Below, piece after piece: positions 25,167 to 36,643 of a DNA stretch of 64,000 bases; positions within the stretch are counted from its first letter, which is position 1, and each line of letters begins with the position of its first letter. The notes beneath the pieces were generated by a model. That model made no database searches, was not told the DNA's origin, and saw only the letters and a program-made list of their open reading frames with translations. Source of the stretch: Cetorhinus maximus (Eukaryota). The translations under genes and the position numbers were made by a program. The stretch is taken from positions 100,130,001 to 100,194,000 of the forward strand of contig NC_135886.1 in assembly GCF_964194155.1 (NCBI RefSeq), read 5' to 3'.

Positions 25167-26914
25167 GCCACTTGTGCAGTTTGTTCCTGCCACACCAAAG
25201 ACATTTCAAAATGGCACACTTTTCCTCATTTTGGCAGTCTTAGGCTTGGGGCGCTTTCTCTCTAAAGGCCTACAAACTGAATGGTCTCAATCGATCTTCT
25301 CCATGGAACCTCTCCTTTCCATGCTCCATTCTGTTTCCTGAGTTCCGTTTGCCTTGCAATCTACACTGCTTTTATGAGTGTTAAATCCTCTCTTGGCTGT
25401 AAGAGATCTGATGATGCTACATCTAGGATTCCGACTACAATTCAAACATGAATCAACTCATCCTTTAAGGTTAATCACAGCTCCCTGCCAGCCTATAGAG
25501 ACCGTTGATGAATTAAGCCATGCTTTTCCCTGGTTTTTGCTTTCTATTATTAAAATTAGCCCCTTTTTAATATTACATTCCAATGGATGCTGAAATAAGA
25601 GTTGAAAGCTTGCAGGACTTGTTAAGAAATTGAAGCCTCATCAACCCCTTGTCTTGCTATTATGTCATCAGCAATAGATCCTACTGAAAAAAGTGGTGTA
25701 CTGACCTGGTCTTTTTGATCTTTCTTGTATAATCCTGAAGCCATTCTGTACCTTGTGAACCTTTTCTCCAGTTGTCCCAGCTCTGTGCCTGTTGTGAGCC
25801 TTATGCACTCTGAAATGATTCTGGGAGTGGTAGTGTAGGCTCCATGCTTCTGTTGAGTCCTGGAATTGTTCCTGCTCTGTGCTACTGCTTGCTGCTTCGG
25901 GCCTCTGTTCACTGCTCTCTGGTCTCCGGGTCTGTGTCTCAGTTTGTATCTGCTGCTCCCACAATGTTCCAACGCCTGGGTGAGTCTTAATTTTTTTTCT
26001 TTTGTCCTTCCCATAAGGATCTCTTTTCTTGCCAGCCCTGTATCTCCTTTTTAAGGTCTGCTGGGTCCTTTACTCGCTGCCATCGTGTTTCATTGTGTGG
26101 TCAGGGTTTAGAAAGGTATTTTGGGGATTGTCTATTCTCCCAAAATATGCTGCTTAAGTCTGTAGTTCCTCAAGTCCATTACTCTTTATTTATGGCAAGT
26201 ATTTACCCATTTGGACTTCTAAACGAGTTTAGAACTTCTCCTTCCAGATCACTCTTTCTTCTCAGTCGTGTGATCTGACATCATTATTACGTCAGCATCA
26301 TGGATGCTCCTGATGTTAACCCTTTATTTTACACTATCTAATAACTACTTTTTTGCCTACATCCTGCCAGTAAATTATTGATCATGTAAATAATACAATG
26401 CATACTTTTCAACCGGCTTGTTGATGTGTACCTGCTCTTGGCCAATCTCACTGAACCTGTACCTTACAATGTAGATTGCAGTGCTGGACTGCATTAAAGA
26501 AAACTTCACTACCTTATGATAGTGTCCACCAGACTGAAATAATGATGTAATGACATCCACACCAAAAAATGAAAGATTATGCCACAAATGATGCAGCTAA
26601 GCAAAGTTGAAATATAAGTTTGTCTTTGGTTTATCTCTTTCTGTTTGTTAGTTGGTCATTCATCTATGATTCAACAGGCAATATTTAAAGTATCACCTCA
26701 CTTACTAACTGGTGTAAGCTCCACAATTATTGCAGTGCCCTACATGTGTCTCATTGCATTAGCATTTTTAGTTTGATTTGACTGATGATGTACAAATTTT
26801 CTGTGTCCTAGAGAGAGGACCCGGCATTCAGCATGTCAAACATTTGCAACATAATTCACAGTATTGTGCAATTGTGCAGCTGCCAGTCAAAATGCCACTA
26901 GCCACGTTGACAGA

Positions 26915-27233
26915 TTTTTAAAAATTCACTCATGAGATGTGGCTAGGTCAGTATTCATTGCCCAAACCTAATTGCCCTTGTTCGGGGGCATTTACATGTC
27001 AACCACATTGCTGTGGGTCTGGAGTCACATGTAGGCCAGACCAGGTAAGGACAGAAGATTTCCTCCCCTGAAGGACATTAGTGAACCAGATGGGTTTTTA
27101 TGACAATCGGCAATGGTTTTGTGGTCATCACAGATTTTTATTGAATTCAAATTTCACCATCTGCCATGTGGGATTGGAACCTGGGTCTCTGTGACAATAC
27201 CCGTGACAATACCGCTGTGCCATCACCTCCCCT
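26915..27233 (-). mobile_element. tRNA-derived SINE, same family as 22434-22817
   Basis: Reverse complement of head (ggggaggtgatggc), body (ctggttcactaatgtcctt) and LINE-type tail. Confidence 0.85.
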
Positions 27234-27509
27234 ATGATACCACTGTTCTTTTTAGTTTTGGAAATCAAAGGGCTAAATCTTGTACATGAGTAGTTGTGGT
27301 TAATGCATCAATGATATAAGTCCATCAGTACTTTGAGCACAAAGCTTTGCTAAATACATATGCATTGAGGTATTGCATTCCCTTTTTGGAAGCACTCTTG
27401 TATTTCATCAGGGCGGATGAAATCGCGTGACATCATTTGAATTTAGATGCCATCTTCATCCTGGTAAAGATCCCAGAATTATGTAGCATTGCTAAATACC
27501 ATTATACAA

Positions 27510-28410
27510 ACATACATACATATGAACCTACAAATTAGGAGTGGAGTAGGCCACTCAGCCCCTCAAGCCTGCTCTGCAATTCAATAGAATCACGGCTGAT
27601 CTGATTGTGGCCACAATTTCATATTTCACCTACCCCCGATAATCTTTGACTCCCTTGCTAGTCAAGGATCTATCTACCTCTGTCTTAAAAGTATTCATTG
27701 ACCCTGCATCCACTGCTCATTGGGGAAGAGAGTTCCAACGATTCATGATCCTTGGGAGATCCCTTATTTTTAAATTGTGTCCCCTAGTTCTAGTCTCTCC
27801 CACAAGGGGAACCATACTTTCAGCATGTGCCCTATCAAGTCCCCTCAGGATCTTATATGTTTCAATAAGATCACCTCTCAATTTTCTAAACTCTAATGGA
27901 TCAGCTTGACCAACCTTTACTTATAAAATAACCCCTCTGCCCACACAGCCCAGTCCCAGGTATCAGTCGAGTGAAGCTTTTCTGAACTGCTTCTAACGCA
28001 TTTATATCATTTCATAAATAAGGAGACTAAAACTGTACACAGTACTCTAGATGCGGTCTCTCCAATGCCCCATACAACTGTAGCAAACCATCCCTACTTT
28101 TATATTTCATTCCCCTTGCAATAAATGAAAATATTCCATTTGCCTCCCTAATTGCCTGCTGAATCTGCACACTAACTTTTCCTGATTCATGTACCAGGAC
28201 ACCCAGATCCCCCTGTAGTTCAGTTCTGTAAAATATCTCCATTTAAATAATATGCTGCTTTTCTATTCTTCCTGCCAAAGTGGACATCACATTTTCCCAC
28301 ATTATACTCCATCTGCCAAACTTTTGTCTACTCATTTAAGCTACCTATGTCCCTTTGCAGACTCCTTATGTCCTCTTTGCAGCTTACTTTCCTATCTATC
28401 TTTGTGGCAT
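27510..28410 (-). mobile_element. CR1 LINE 3' fragment
   Basis: GDLGVLVHES...LYGALERPHLEYCVQF and a CR1 tail. Confidence 0.85.
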
Positions 28411-28509
28411 TATCAAAAAATCCTATCAATAATAGGGACAAATCTGAGAGCTGTAAACTACAATTCTCAGACAAACCTTGAAGGACTTGACCATTTTTTC
28501 AACATTAGA

Positions 28510-28850
28510 AGAAAGAGATCCAAAAAGCTTTTGATGAGGTAATGCACAAGAGACTCCCGTGTAAGATTGAGGCCGCTAGTATTCGTGGTAATATATTGAG
28601 CTAAATTGAGAACTGCCTGGCAGGATGTAGATCTGTTTGGAGACCTATCACCAGTGAAGTCCCATAGAGATCGATGCTAGGACTGTTGGTCTTTAGTATT
28701 TTTAAAAATGACCCAGATGTAGGTGCTAGAGAGCATGATCTACAAAGTTGCAGATAAGACCTGTGCAAGTGTTTGGACTGTAGACAATACTCAACTGCTT
28801 CTGATTGATCTTAATGTGTTGGGAGATTGGGCTCATAACTGGCAATTATT
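28510..28850 (+). mobile_element. Old CR1 RT fragment
   Basis: KAFD, PxxSxLG and KVADK remnants. Homologous to the reverse-strand remnant at ~15040-15135 and 16628-16780. Confidence 0.6.
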
Positions 28851-30090
28851 TTTCCATTCTTTCACAGGATGTAGGCATTGCTGGCTAGGCCAGCATTTAT
28901 TGCCCATCCTTAATTGCTTATGCGAGCTGCTGGTGAGCCACCTTCTTGAACTGCTACCGTCCATGTGGTATAGGTACACCCACAGTGCTGTTAGGGAGGA
29001 TGTTCCAGGATTTTGACCCAGTGAAAGTGAAGGAATGACAATATAGTTCCAAGTCAGGATGGTGTGTAGCTTAGAGGGAAACCCGCAGGTGGTGGTGTTC
29101 CCATGCATCTGCTGCTCTGGACCTTCTAGGTGGTATAGATAGTGAGTTTGGAAAGTGCTGTCAAAAGAGCCTTGGTGAGTTTCTGCAGTGCATCTTGTAA
29201 CTGGCACACACTGCTGCCATTGTACATCAGTGGCGGAGGGAGTGAATGTTTAAGGTGGTGGATGGGGTACCTATCAAGCAGGCTGTTTTGTTCTGGATGG
29301 TGTCAAGCTTCTTGACTGTTGTTGGAGCTGCAATAACCAGGCAAGTGGAGAGTATTTCATCACACTCCTGACTTGTGCCTTGAAGATGGTGGGCATGCTT
29401 TGAGGAGTCAGGAGGTGAATTGCTCGCTGCAGATTTCCCAGCCTCTGACTTGTTCTTGTAGCTAATGTATTTATATGGCTGGTCCAGTTCAGTTTTTGGT
29501 CAATGGTAACTCCGAGGCTATTGTTAGTGGGGGCTCAGCGAAGGTAATGCCATTGAATGGCAAGGGGAGATGGTTGGATTCTCTCTTACTGGTGGTGGTC
29601 AATGCCTGGCACTTATTTGGCGCGAATATTACTTGCCACTCATCGACCCAAGCCTGAATGTTCTCCAGGTCTTGCTGCATATGGGCATGGACATGTGGCT
29701 CATCACCATCCAGGATAAAGCAGCCCGCTCGATTGGCACCCCATCCACTACATTCAACGTTCACTCCCTCCATCACTAACGTACAGTGGCAGCAGTGTTT
29801 ACTATCTACAAGGTGCACTGCAGCAACTCAAGGGCAGCAAATGCTGGGAACACCATCACCTGCAGGTTTCCCTCCAAGCCACACACCATCCTGACTTGGA
29901 ACTATATCACTGTTCGTTCACTTTCACTTGGTCAAAATCCTGGAACTTTTTTCCTAACAGCACTGTGGGTGTATTGATACTATGTGGACTGTAACGGTTC
30001 AGGAAAGCGGATCACCACTCAAGGGCAGTTAAGGATGGGCAACAAATGCTGGCCTAGCCAGTGATGCCCACATCTCATGAAATTGAAAAA
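28850..30090. mobile_element. Two 3' fragments of the tRNA-headed LINE family joined with tails pointing outward
   Basis: Minus-strand copy at 28850-29695 (tail at left) abuts a plus-strand copy at 29700-30090 (tail at right). Confidence 0.8.
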
Positions 30091-30482
30091 TATTGTTTGA
30101 GCACTAATTTAAATTATATGATAAAGTATAAATTTGGCTTCAGTTTTTAGTATATGCACTAGTTAATCAATCAATATGGTCTTGATTTTTGATTAAATTA
30201 AAAACTTACTAGAAAACTCACCGCACCTGAGTCCTCGTCCTGTGACGTCACTTATATTCTGGGACAGCTCCAGCTCCAGCTCATTTCAAATGTCCGCTCT
30301 GACTTTTAGCTCCTGCTCTTTTTAAAACTTGGAGTAAATCTTTTAAATTCCCTGATCCTATTTTAACTTAGTGCCGTACCTTAGAGAGCGGAAAAAGAAA
30401 CATTCACCAATCATAACTTATCCACTTTTTTGTGACTTTGACATCTGGTTTAAGAGCTGTGACTGGCAGCGTTACAGACCTA

Positions 30483-31765
30483 GGGCAGAATTGTCTCAGA
30501 ATTACACAAAGTGCGGTAGTGGGCGGGAAAGAAGTCGCTTTACCCGCCAGCTGCAATGACGACTTTTGGCTCTGTATTGTCCCATTCCTGCCTCATTAAT
30601 TATGCATCCACAGGAAACATGCTGTCCAATTTGCTTGCCACGTCATTACCTTGCTGCTTCCTCACACAGGGTGCCACATTTAAACTGCAGTGCATTCGAA
30701 CTTCTCAATGCTTGCAGCCCAGGACTGCTCCAGTGAAGACATGGCCCCAAAAGCCAAGAAAGTGCAACCCCCCCGATTCAGTGACACATCCTTCTGGATG
30801 CCATGGAAGCCCAGCATGAAGTCCTCTACCCCCGGCCTGGCCACAGGAGGCCTATCAGTCTCGCCAATCCATCTTGGGAGGCGGTGGCAGAGGTGGTTAG
30901 TACCAATGCTGCACACAAGAGGTCGGTCATCCAGTGCAGAAAAAGGATACATGACCTCATCCGTGCCGCCAGAGTAAGACAACTATTTGATCCCTCTAAA
31001 CTCACACACTCTCAAGGCCATGACACATGTTCACTGGCATCTAACTCACTGCCAGCTCAAGGGACATCCCGCTTACTGTCTCACACACACCTTCACATCT
31101 CCATCTGACCTCATCTCCTCAGGAGACTGCCTCCTCAGCCCTCACCCTCTTGAGACCACTTACACAAATCAACATGTGTCTTGCACACACCTTGGGATAC
31201 CCCCCTTCCCCAGTACAGCCCTTGCCCTGCAGCCTCTTCCCTTGTCTGAGGTCACTTCTACACCTTCCCCAAGCAAGCCCTAGCGCTGCAGCCATTGAAA
31301 AGCCACCCCACCTTATGACTGGTTTGGTAGTAGAGACCTGTCCGTGAGCACCTCCTAAAAATTATGTGGTGCTGCCTGCATAGCTTGGCACTGCTGATCA
31401 CGAGTGTTGTCGAAAGCAAGGTTCACAAACAAACCTCGAAGTCCCGAGCAAAGTACAGCTCGCCAGGTGCACGTCGCTTATGTACAGTTGTGAAACATGT
31501 CGGCATGCAATCATGCCGATGTGCCTGGATGATCCAGCATGGGGGGGATGATTCCAGTGAGCAGGACTTATAATGAGATGCTAAAGTATTGAAATTAGGT
31601 TCCCGATGTGCGGCAACGGGAAATGTGGCCCGCCATTGACGGGTGGAGTGGATGATCGCAAACTGGTTTCACAACAACATGAAACCGATTTTTGGCTGTC
31701 TCACCATATTGCGCCCCCCGCCCACCATGATGCCTGATGCCAATGGGGCCGGAAAGTTCAGGCCC
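30483..31765 (+). mobile_element. Harbinger/PIF-like non-autonomous DNA transposon with Myb/SANT exon
   Basis: Termini GGGCAGAATT...AAGTTCAGGCCC flanked by TA. A frameshifted exon at 30741-30973 reads MAPKAKK..PRFSD..WEAVAEVVSTNAAHKRSVIQCRKRIHDLIRAAR followed by a gtaaga donor (Myb_DNA-bind_5/NAIF1-like). Confidence 0.75.
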
Positions 31766-33109
31766 TAGTCAGGATGATGGCATTAAGCTCAGTAACTCCT
31801 CATCAACCGGCATGAACAAGATGGGTTGAATGGCCTTCTTCTGTGTCATAAATTTTCTATGATTCCAAAAAAGTTATGAAGCCTGAGGGCACAAATCATT
31901 GTTTCTTAAAAATTAAGAATACTCACCTGATTCATTTTGAACTACTCCTATTTCCTTCTTCCTTGTTGGTTGTTTTTGTTTCGGTGAGGATTTACCGAGG
32001 TTACAAGTTACTTAGGTGGTATAGTTTTGCAAAAGCTATTTATTTGCAAGGAATCATATTAAATATATGGTATTCAGCACACAGATTGTTCTGCATCTCT
32101 TGAAGCTTCTCCAAGACCCTCTCAGGGGTCATCTGACCCCTGATGTCACAGTTACATCTTTAATATATCCATGGCCTCACCCATTACTGTTCAGCTCCCA
32201 CCAAGTATAATCTCAAAAATATAAAATTCTTTTGTTGAACTATTTACTTTCCTGCTGTCTCCCCGCAAAGTTATAAGATCACAGGTTGAGCCTGTCAGGT
32301 GCTCTGACATTACTCCCTGATCTTCTCCTGAGTATCCTCAGTTGGGTTTGTTAGGGTACAGCCAGTTCCTGGACTTGAAAGACGTTTCTGGGGCTGTTGT
32401 TGGTGGAGGCCGCATCGTCACTATCATCACAATGAAGCTGGGAGGAATGGCTTCTAGTAGTATGCAGGGGAACCAGAGCCATTCTGTTCTATCTTAAATT
32501 TCCGAGTGGTGTGTTGATGAGGTATAACCATGGTTGCTGGGTTTGGTGTATGACTGTACCTTGTGTCTGACGGTCCCTGATCCAGACCTTCTGTCCTGGT
32601 GCTAGCGTGGGCATTGTTTGTGCCCTGTGTCGGCAGTTATAATGAGTGGACTGGCTCTCTTTGAGCATTTCCTCATGGTGTCTTATTCGGACATGGTCTC
32701 GGAGAGTAACATTGAGTCTGAGTTGGTGTTGGAGTGAAGGAAGTTGTGTTTTCAGCCTTCTGCCCATCAATAATTTGGCTGACGAAAAACTATTCCAGAA
32801 AAGCTGGCTCTGTAGTTAAGCAAAGCTAGTGTTACGATCCTTGGCCAGACCCCGGGACATTGTAGGGGGATGCCCAGTTAGGGACCAGCAATGTTTTTTT
32901 AAAGTAGATAAAGGTTGAGATTCAAGGTACCTGCTTTTGGAATAAAGCCACAAGATTCCATGGGTTTTGAACAAACAAAAAACAAAATTTACCATACAAG
33001 TTTAGAAAGATAAAACAATTTACAATATATATCATATACTCTAACATTCAATGTAAGTATGAGGCACATGTGAATTAACAGACAAACTGTGGTTGAACAC
33101 ACCACAGAG

Positions 33110-33925
33110 TAATTTTTAAAATTTCATTCATGGAATGTTGGTATTGCTGGCTAGACCAGCATTTATTGTCCATCCCTAATTGCCCTTGAGAAGGTGGTGG
33201 TGAGCTGCCTTCTTGAACCACTGCAGCTCATGTGGTATAGGTACACCCACAGTACTGTTAGGAGGGGAGTTCCAGGATTTTGATCCAGTGATAGTGAAGG
33301 AATGGTGATCCCATTTCCAAGTCAGGATGATGAGTGGCTTGGAGAGGGGAACTTGCAGGTTGTGGTGTTCCCATATGTCTGCTGCCCTTGGGTTTGGAAG
33401 GTGCTGTCTAAGTTCCTTGGCTGAGTTTCTGCAGTGCATGTTGTAGATGGTACACAGTGCCACTATACGTTGGTGGTGGAGGGAGTGAATGTTTATGGCT
33501 GGGGTGCCAATCAAGCGGGCTGCATTGTCCTGGATGGCGTCAAGCCTCTTGAGTGCTGTTGGAGCTGCACTCATCCAGACAAATGGAAAGTACTCCATCA
33601 TACTCCTGACTTGTGCCTTGTAGATGGTGGACTGGCTTTGGGGAGTCAGGAGGTGAGTTACTTGCCACAGTATTCCAAGCCTCTGACCTGCTCTTGTAGC
33701 CACAGATTCTCTCTTGTCCGAGATGGTCATTGCTTGGCACTGGTGTGCCACAAATGTCACTTGCCAGCCCAAGCCTGGATATTGTCCAGGTCTTGCTGTA
33801 TTTGGACATGGACTGCTTCAGTATCTGAGGAGTCACAAATGGTGCTGAACATTGTGCAATCATCAGCGAACATCCCACTTCTGACCTTATGATGGAAGGA
33901 AGTTATTGATGAAGCAGCTGAAGAT
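33110..33925 (-). mobile_element. 3' fragment of the tRNA-headed LINE family inserted in the Gypsy C LTR
   Basis: VATRAGQRLGIL..TIYKAQVRSMMEY and the family tail. Confidence 0.88.
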
Positions 33926-35394
33926 TTGAGTCAAACAATCTCGCTGAAACTTCATCTTTCTCTCGAGGGTTTCCAAACTCCAGCTTTAAATCCTGCCTTG
34001 GAATTCTCCCTAAACATCTCTCTCACTCGTATGGCTTTAACAATGGCCCACCTCGCAGGGTTTCACTCTCGCCTTCCAAGACTCTCCCTGGATTCCCGAG
34101 TTATCCAACATTAGCTCACAAGCATGCTTCCTGTGACCGACACTCCAGCATTCTCACCAATTCTCATTCTTCACTAGCGAATTTGTCTTGTGCATGAGAG
34201 ATTTGGTTTTCTGCACTGATTAGTTTTTCTATCAATTGCTTATTATTGGCACTCAGATCCTCATGGTTGGTCAGAGTAATTATTAGGAGTTCAGTAAGAT
34301 TAGCATGATCAAGTTCCTGTTACAATACAGTCATCGCCATGTTACTGTCTCCATTAGCCAAATCATTACCCAATTATTACCCAATAAAAAATCTATCCCT
34401 TCCATAGGGTAACCTAGAAGCATTTCCCACCATGACAATTTGATTTACTAAGTCACTTTATAAATTAACTTTGCACAAGGGAACAGGTATATAAACTCCA
34501 TGAATATCTCCTATTAATACCTTTTCCTGCATCAAACTATCTGGAACATAAATTGCATCATTAGCCACCATCATGACATTGATCTATCCCAATAACTCTC
34601 AAAATATTAACCGGATTACTTATTTTGGAGGAGTAAGGGAACACTTCTTCCTTCGAAATAAAACATTTAGAACCTCCAGTAGCCTGACTTAATTTAGCAG
34701 TAGTTAAGGAAGAATTCTCTTGACTATCCTAAGCCATATCCCCCTTTCTAGTGTGTTCTGAGGGAAGATGTTTCACCTGTACCACTGCTATGGCTTTAGT
34801 ATCCACTTCTTCTTCTGTTAGCCTTTTCTGGGGTTTCTTTAAGTGTTCTTACAACTGCCACTGTTTTACCTTTCAGCTTCCAACAATGGGCTTTGACATG
34901 CCTGGCCTTACATCAATAAAAGGATACCGGTTTATTTTCATGCCTTTTATTCTCTCAATTTTCTTGACTGTAGCCTCTTATGTAAAGCTAGATTCTTTCC
35001 TGTTCCTCCAATTTCCTTGTTGGTTTACAGAGGGATATCTACTGTCCCCTAGCTGTCTATGTGGCATATCATACCTATCTGCTAGAACTGCTGCTTCTCA
35101 GACCTTAGAAATCTTACAATCTTCCAAGTATGACCTAAAAGCTATTGGGATGCTATTTTGGAATTCTTCCATTATCGTTAGCTCCCTCACATTCTCAAAA
35201 TTTTGTTCTAGCTTCAGGGATCAAAACCACCAGTACCACAGTATTTCTTTTACTGTAGAAAATTCTATAAATGTCTAATTCATTCTTTTCTTTAAAGTCC
35301 GAAATTTCAACTGATATGCTTCAGAGACAAGCTCGTAAGCATTAAGTACTGCAGCTTTAACTATCTCATAATCACTGAAAAGAGAGACATTTTC

Positions 35395-35430
35395 TGTTGA
35401 AGCTTTTCGTCTTGTACTCATCAGGACAAT
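35395..35430 (-). ncRNA. Minimal type I hammerhead ribozyme motif
   Basis: Minus strand reads ttgtc-CTGATGA-GT-acaag-AC-GAAA-AGCT-TC-aaca: conserved core, 2-bp helix II, palindromic helix III (AAGCTT) and a UUC cleavage triplet. Confidence 0.65.
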
Positions 35431-35706
35431 TCACAAGAAAATGCCAATGTCAGGGGAAACAACAATTTATACTGTATGAGAAGAGTGCTGAGTGGTTGGC
35501 AAGTGGACTCTGATTGGTAGAGGCATTGCCATGGAGAATGCACCAATTGATGGTGACTAACAATTAACTGCCAAGTATTGTTTGAAATTTAAGCCAGGTA
35601 GCTTGATAACGCCTCTACCAATCAGAGTTCACTTTTCAATCAATCAGCACTCTCTTAGCATTCAGTAAAATTGTTGTTTCCCCTGACATTGGCATTTCAT
35701 TGCAAA

Positions 35707-35742
35707 TTGTCCTGATGAGTGCAAGATGAAAAGCTTTGACAA
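35707..35742 (+). ncRNA. Minimal type I hammerhead ribozyme motif
   Basis: Reads ttgtc-CTGATGA-GT-gcaag-AT-GAAA-AGCT-TT-gacaa; helix I ttgtc/gacaa is intact. Confidence 0.65.
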
Positions 35743-36544
35743 ATAATGTCACTTTTTGCAGTACTACTCAAGGTCTGTAGCACCAAATGACTATTTATCT
35801 CAAATTCTGAAGATTGTTCTTCTGAAAGACCAGGATACACATCCATAGCTTTCCTAACCAAATCATTTTGCAAAATGGGAGTCCATGTGACCTTTGGCCA
35901 CTTTAGTTGTTTAGCTGCCTTTTCAAATGAGATAAAATATCACTCAACACCGCCTTCAGTGAATTTAGGTGATAGACGAAGATTCTTTGTTATACCAAAG
36001 CTCATAATGGGACTTGATTCCTCATCCAAACTACTAGACTCTCTTTCGTTCCGTACCCTAAGCTTTTCTCTAGCCAGTTCGTGCTGCCTGATTTCTTTCT
36101 CTCTTTTAAACTCGAGCTCAAGCTTTCGCATTTCCATTTCTTTTTCCATCCCAAGTTGCTTCATCTGCAATTGAATTCGAGCTAATTCAACTGAATTGTT
36201 ATCTGGATTCACTTTTGCCCCTTCCAATTCCAGATGCTGTGCTATTACTTCAATTATTTGTACTTTCGTAGCCCTTGCTTTTAATTCTAACTCTAACCTT
36301 TCTGCTAATGAAGTTAACCTATCCTTGGTTAATTGTTGCAAATCACTCAGGAATAAATCTTCCCTCTCCAGAAAAGTCGTAGCAATTGAAAAAGCTCCTA
36401 ATAAAATTCTGCTTTTCAATCAGTATAGTAAAATTCACCGTGGAAATCTTATAAACCTTAATCTCAGTAAGTATCAGCCCACGTATTTGTCTGTGAATCT
36501 AAGATCCCGCAAAAGACCCCAATTTATGGATGGAATATTACGCT

Positions 36545-36643
36545 GGCAGGATTTTACGTTCCTGCTGAGGTCAATGGGCTTTTGAATGGCTTGCTGTATT
36601 TTATGGCCCTGCTGCTCCATGATGGGGCTGTAAAATTCTGCCC
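36545..36643. mobile_element. ~100-bp MITE (Harbinger-type termini)
   Basis: TIR GGCAGGATTTTAC / GTAAAATTCTGCCC. It sits between the PBS and the 5' LTR of Gypsy C. Confidence 0.65.

Larger units (their letters stand above)
16786..26333 (-). mobile_element. Gypsy LTR retrotransposon A (Mag-like), decayed, with nested LINE/SINE insertions
   Basis: Paired ~250-bp TG..CA LTRs at 16786-17035 and 26086-26333, with an imperfect TSD ctatt/ctatc. PBS-like TGGCAGCGA at ~26082 and PPT at ~17036-17045. Coding remnants: gag 25622-25800, protease FKLDTGA ~24900, RT (TKLDANSGFWQ) 22820-23123, RT/RNase H 21900-22430, integrase 21070-21480 and 17560-17807. Confidence 0.9.
35377..35795. mobile_element. Palindromic Penelope-type non-autonomous element with two inverted minimal hammerhead motifs
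   Basis: ~150-bp inverted arms (35377-35526 and 35608-35757). Imperfect TSD tatctcataatcactgaa/tatctcaaattctgaa. It interrupts the Gypsy C gag. Confidence 0.75.

Noticed and set aside
34751-35278. 175-aa plus-strand ORF
   Set aside because: It is the antisense shadow of the Gypsy C gag on the minus strand.
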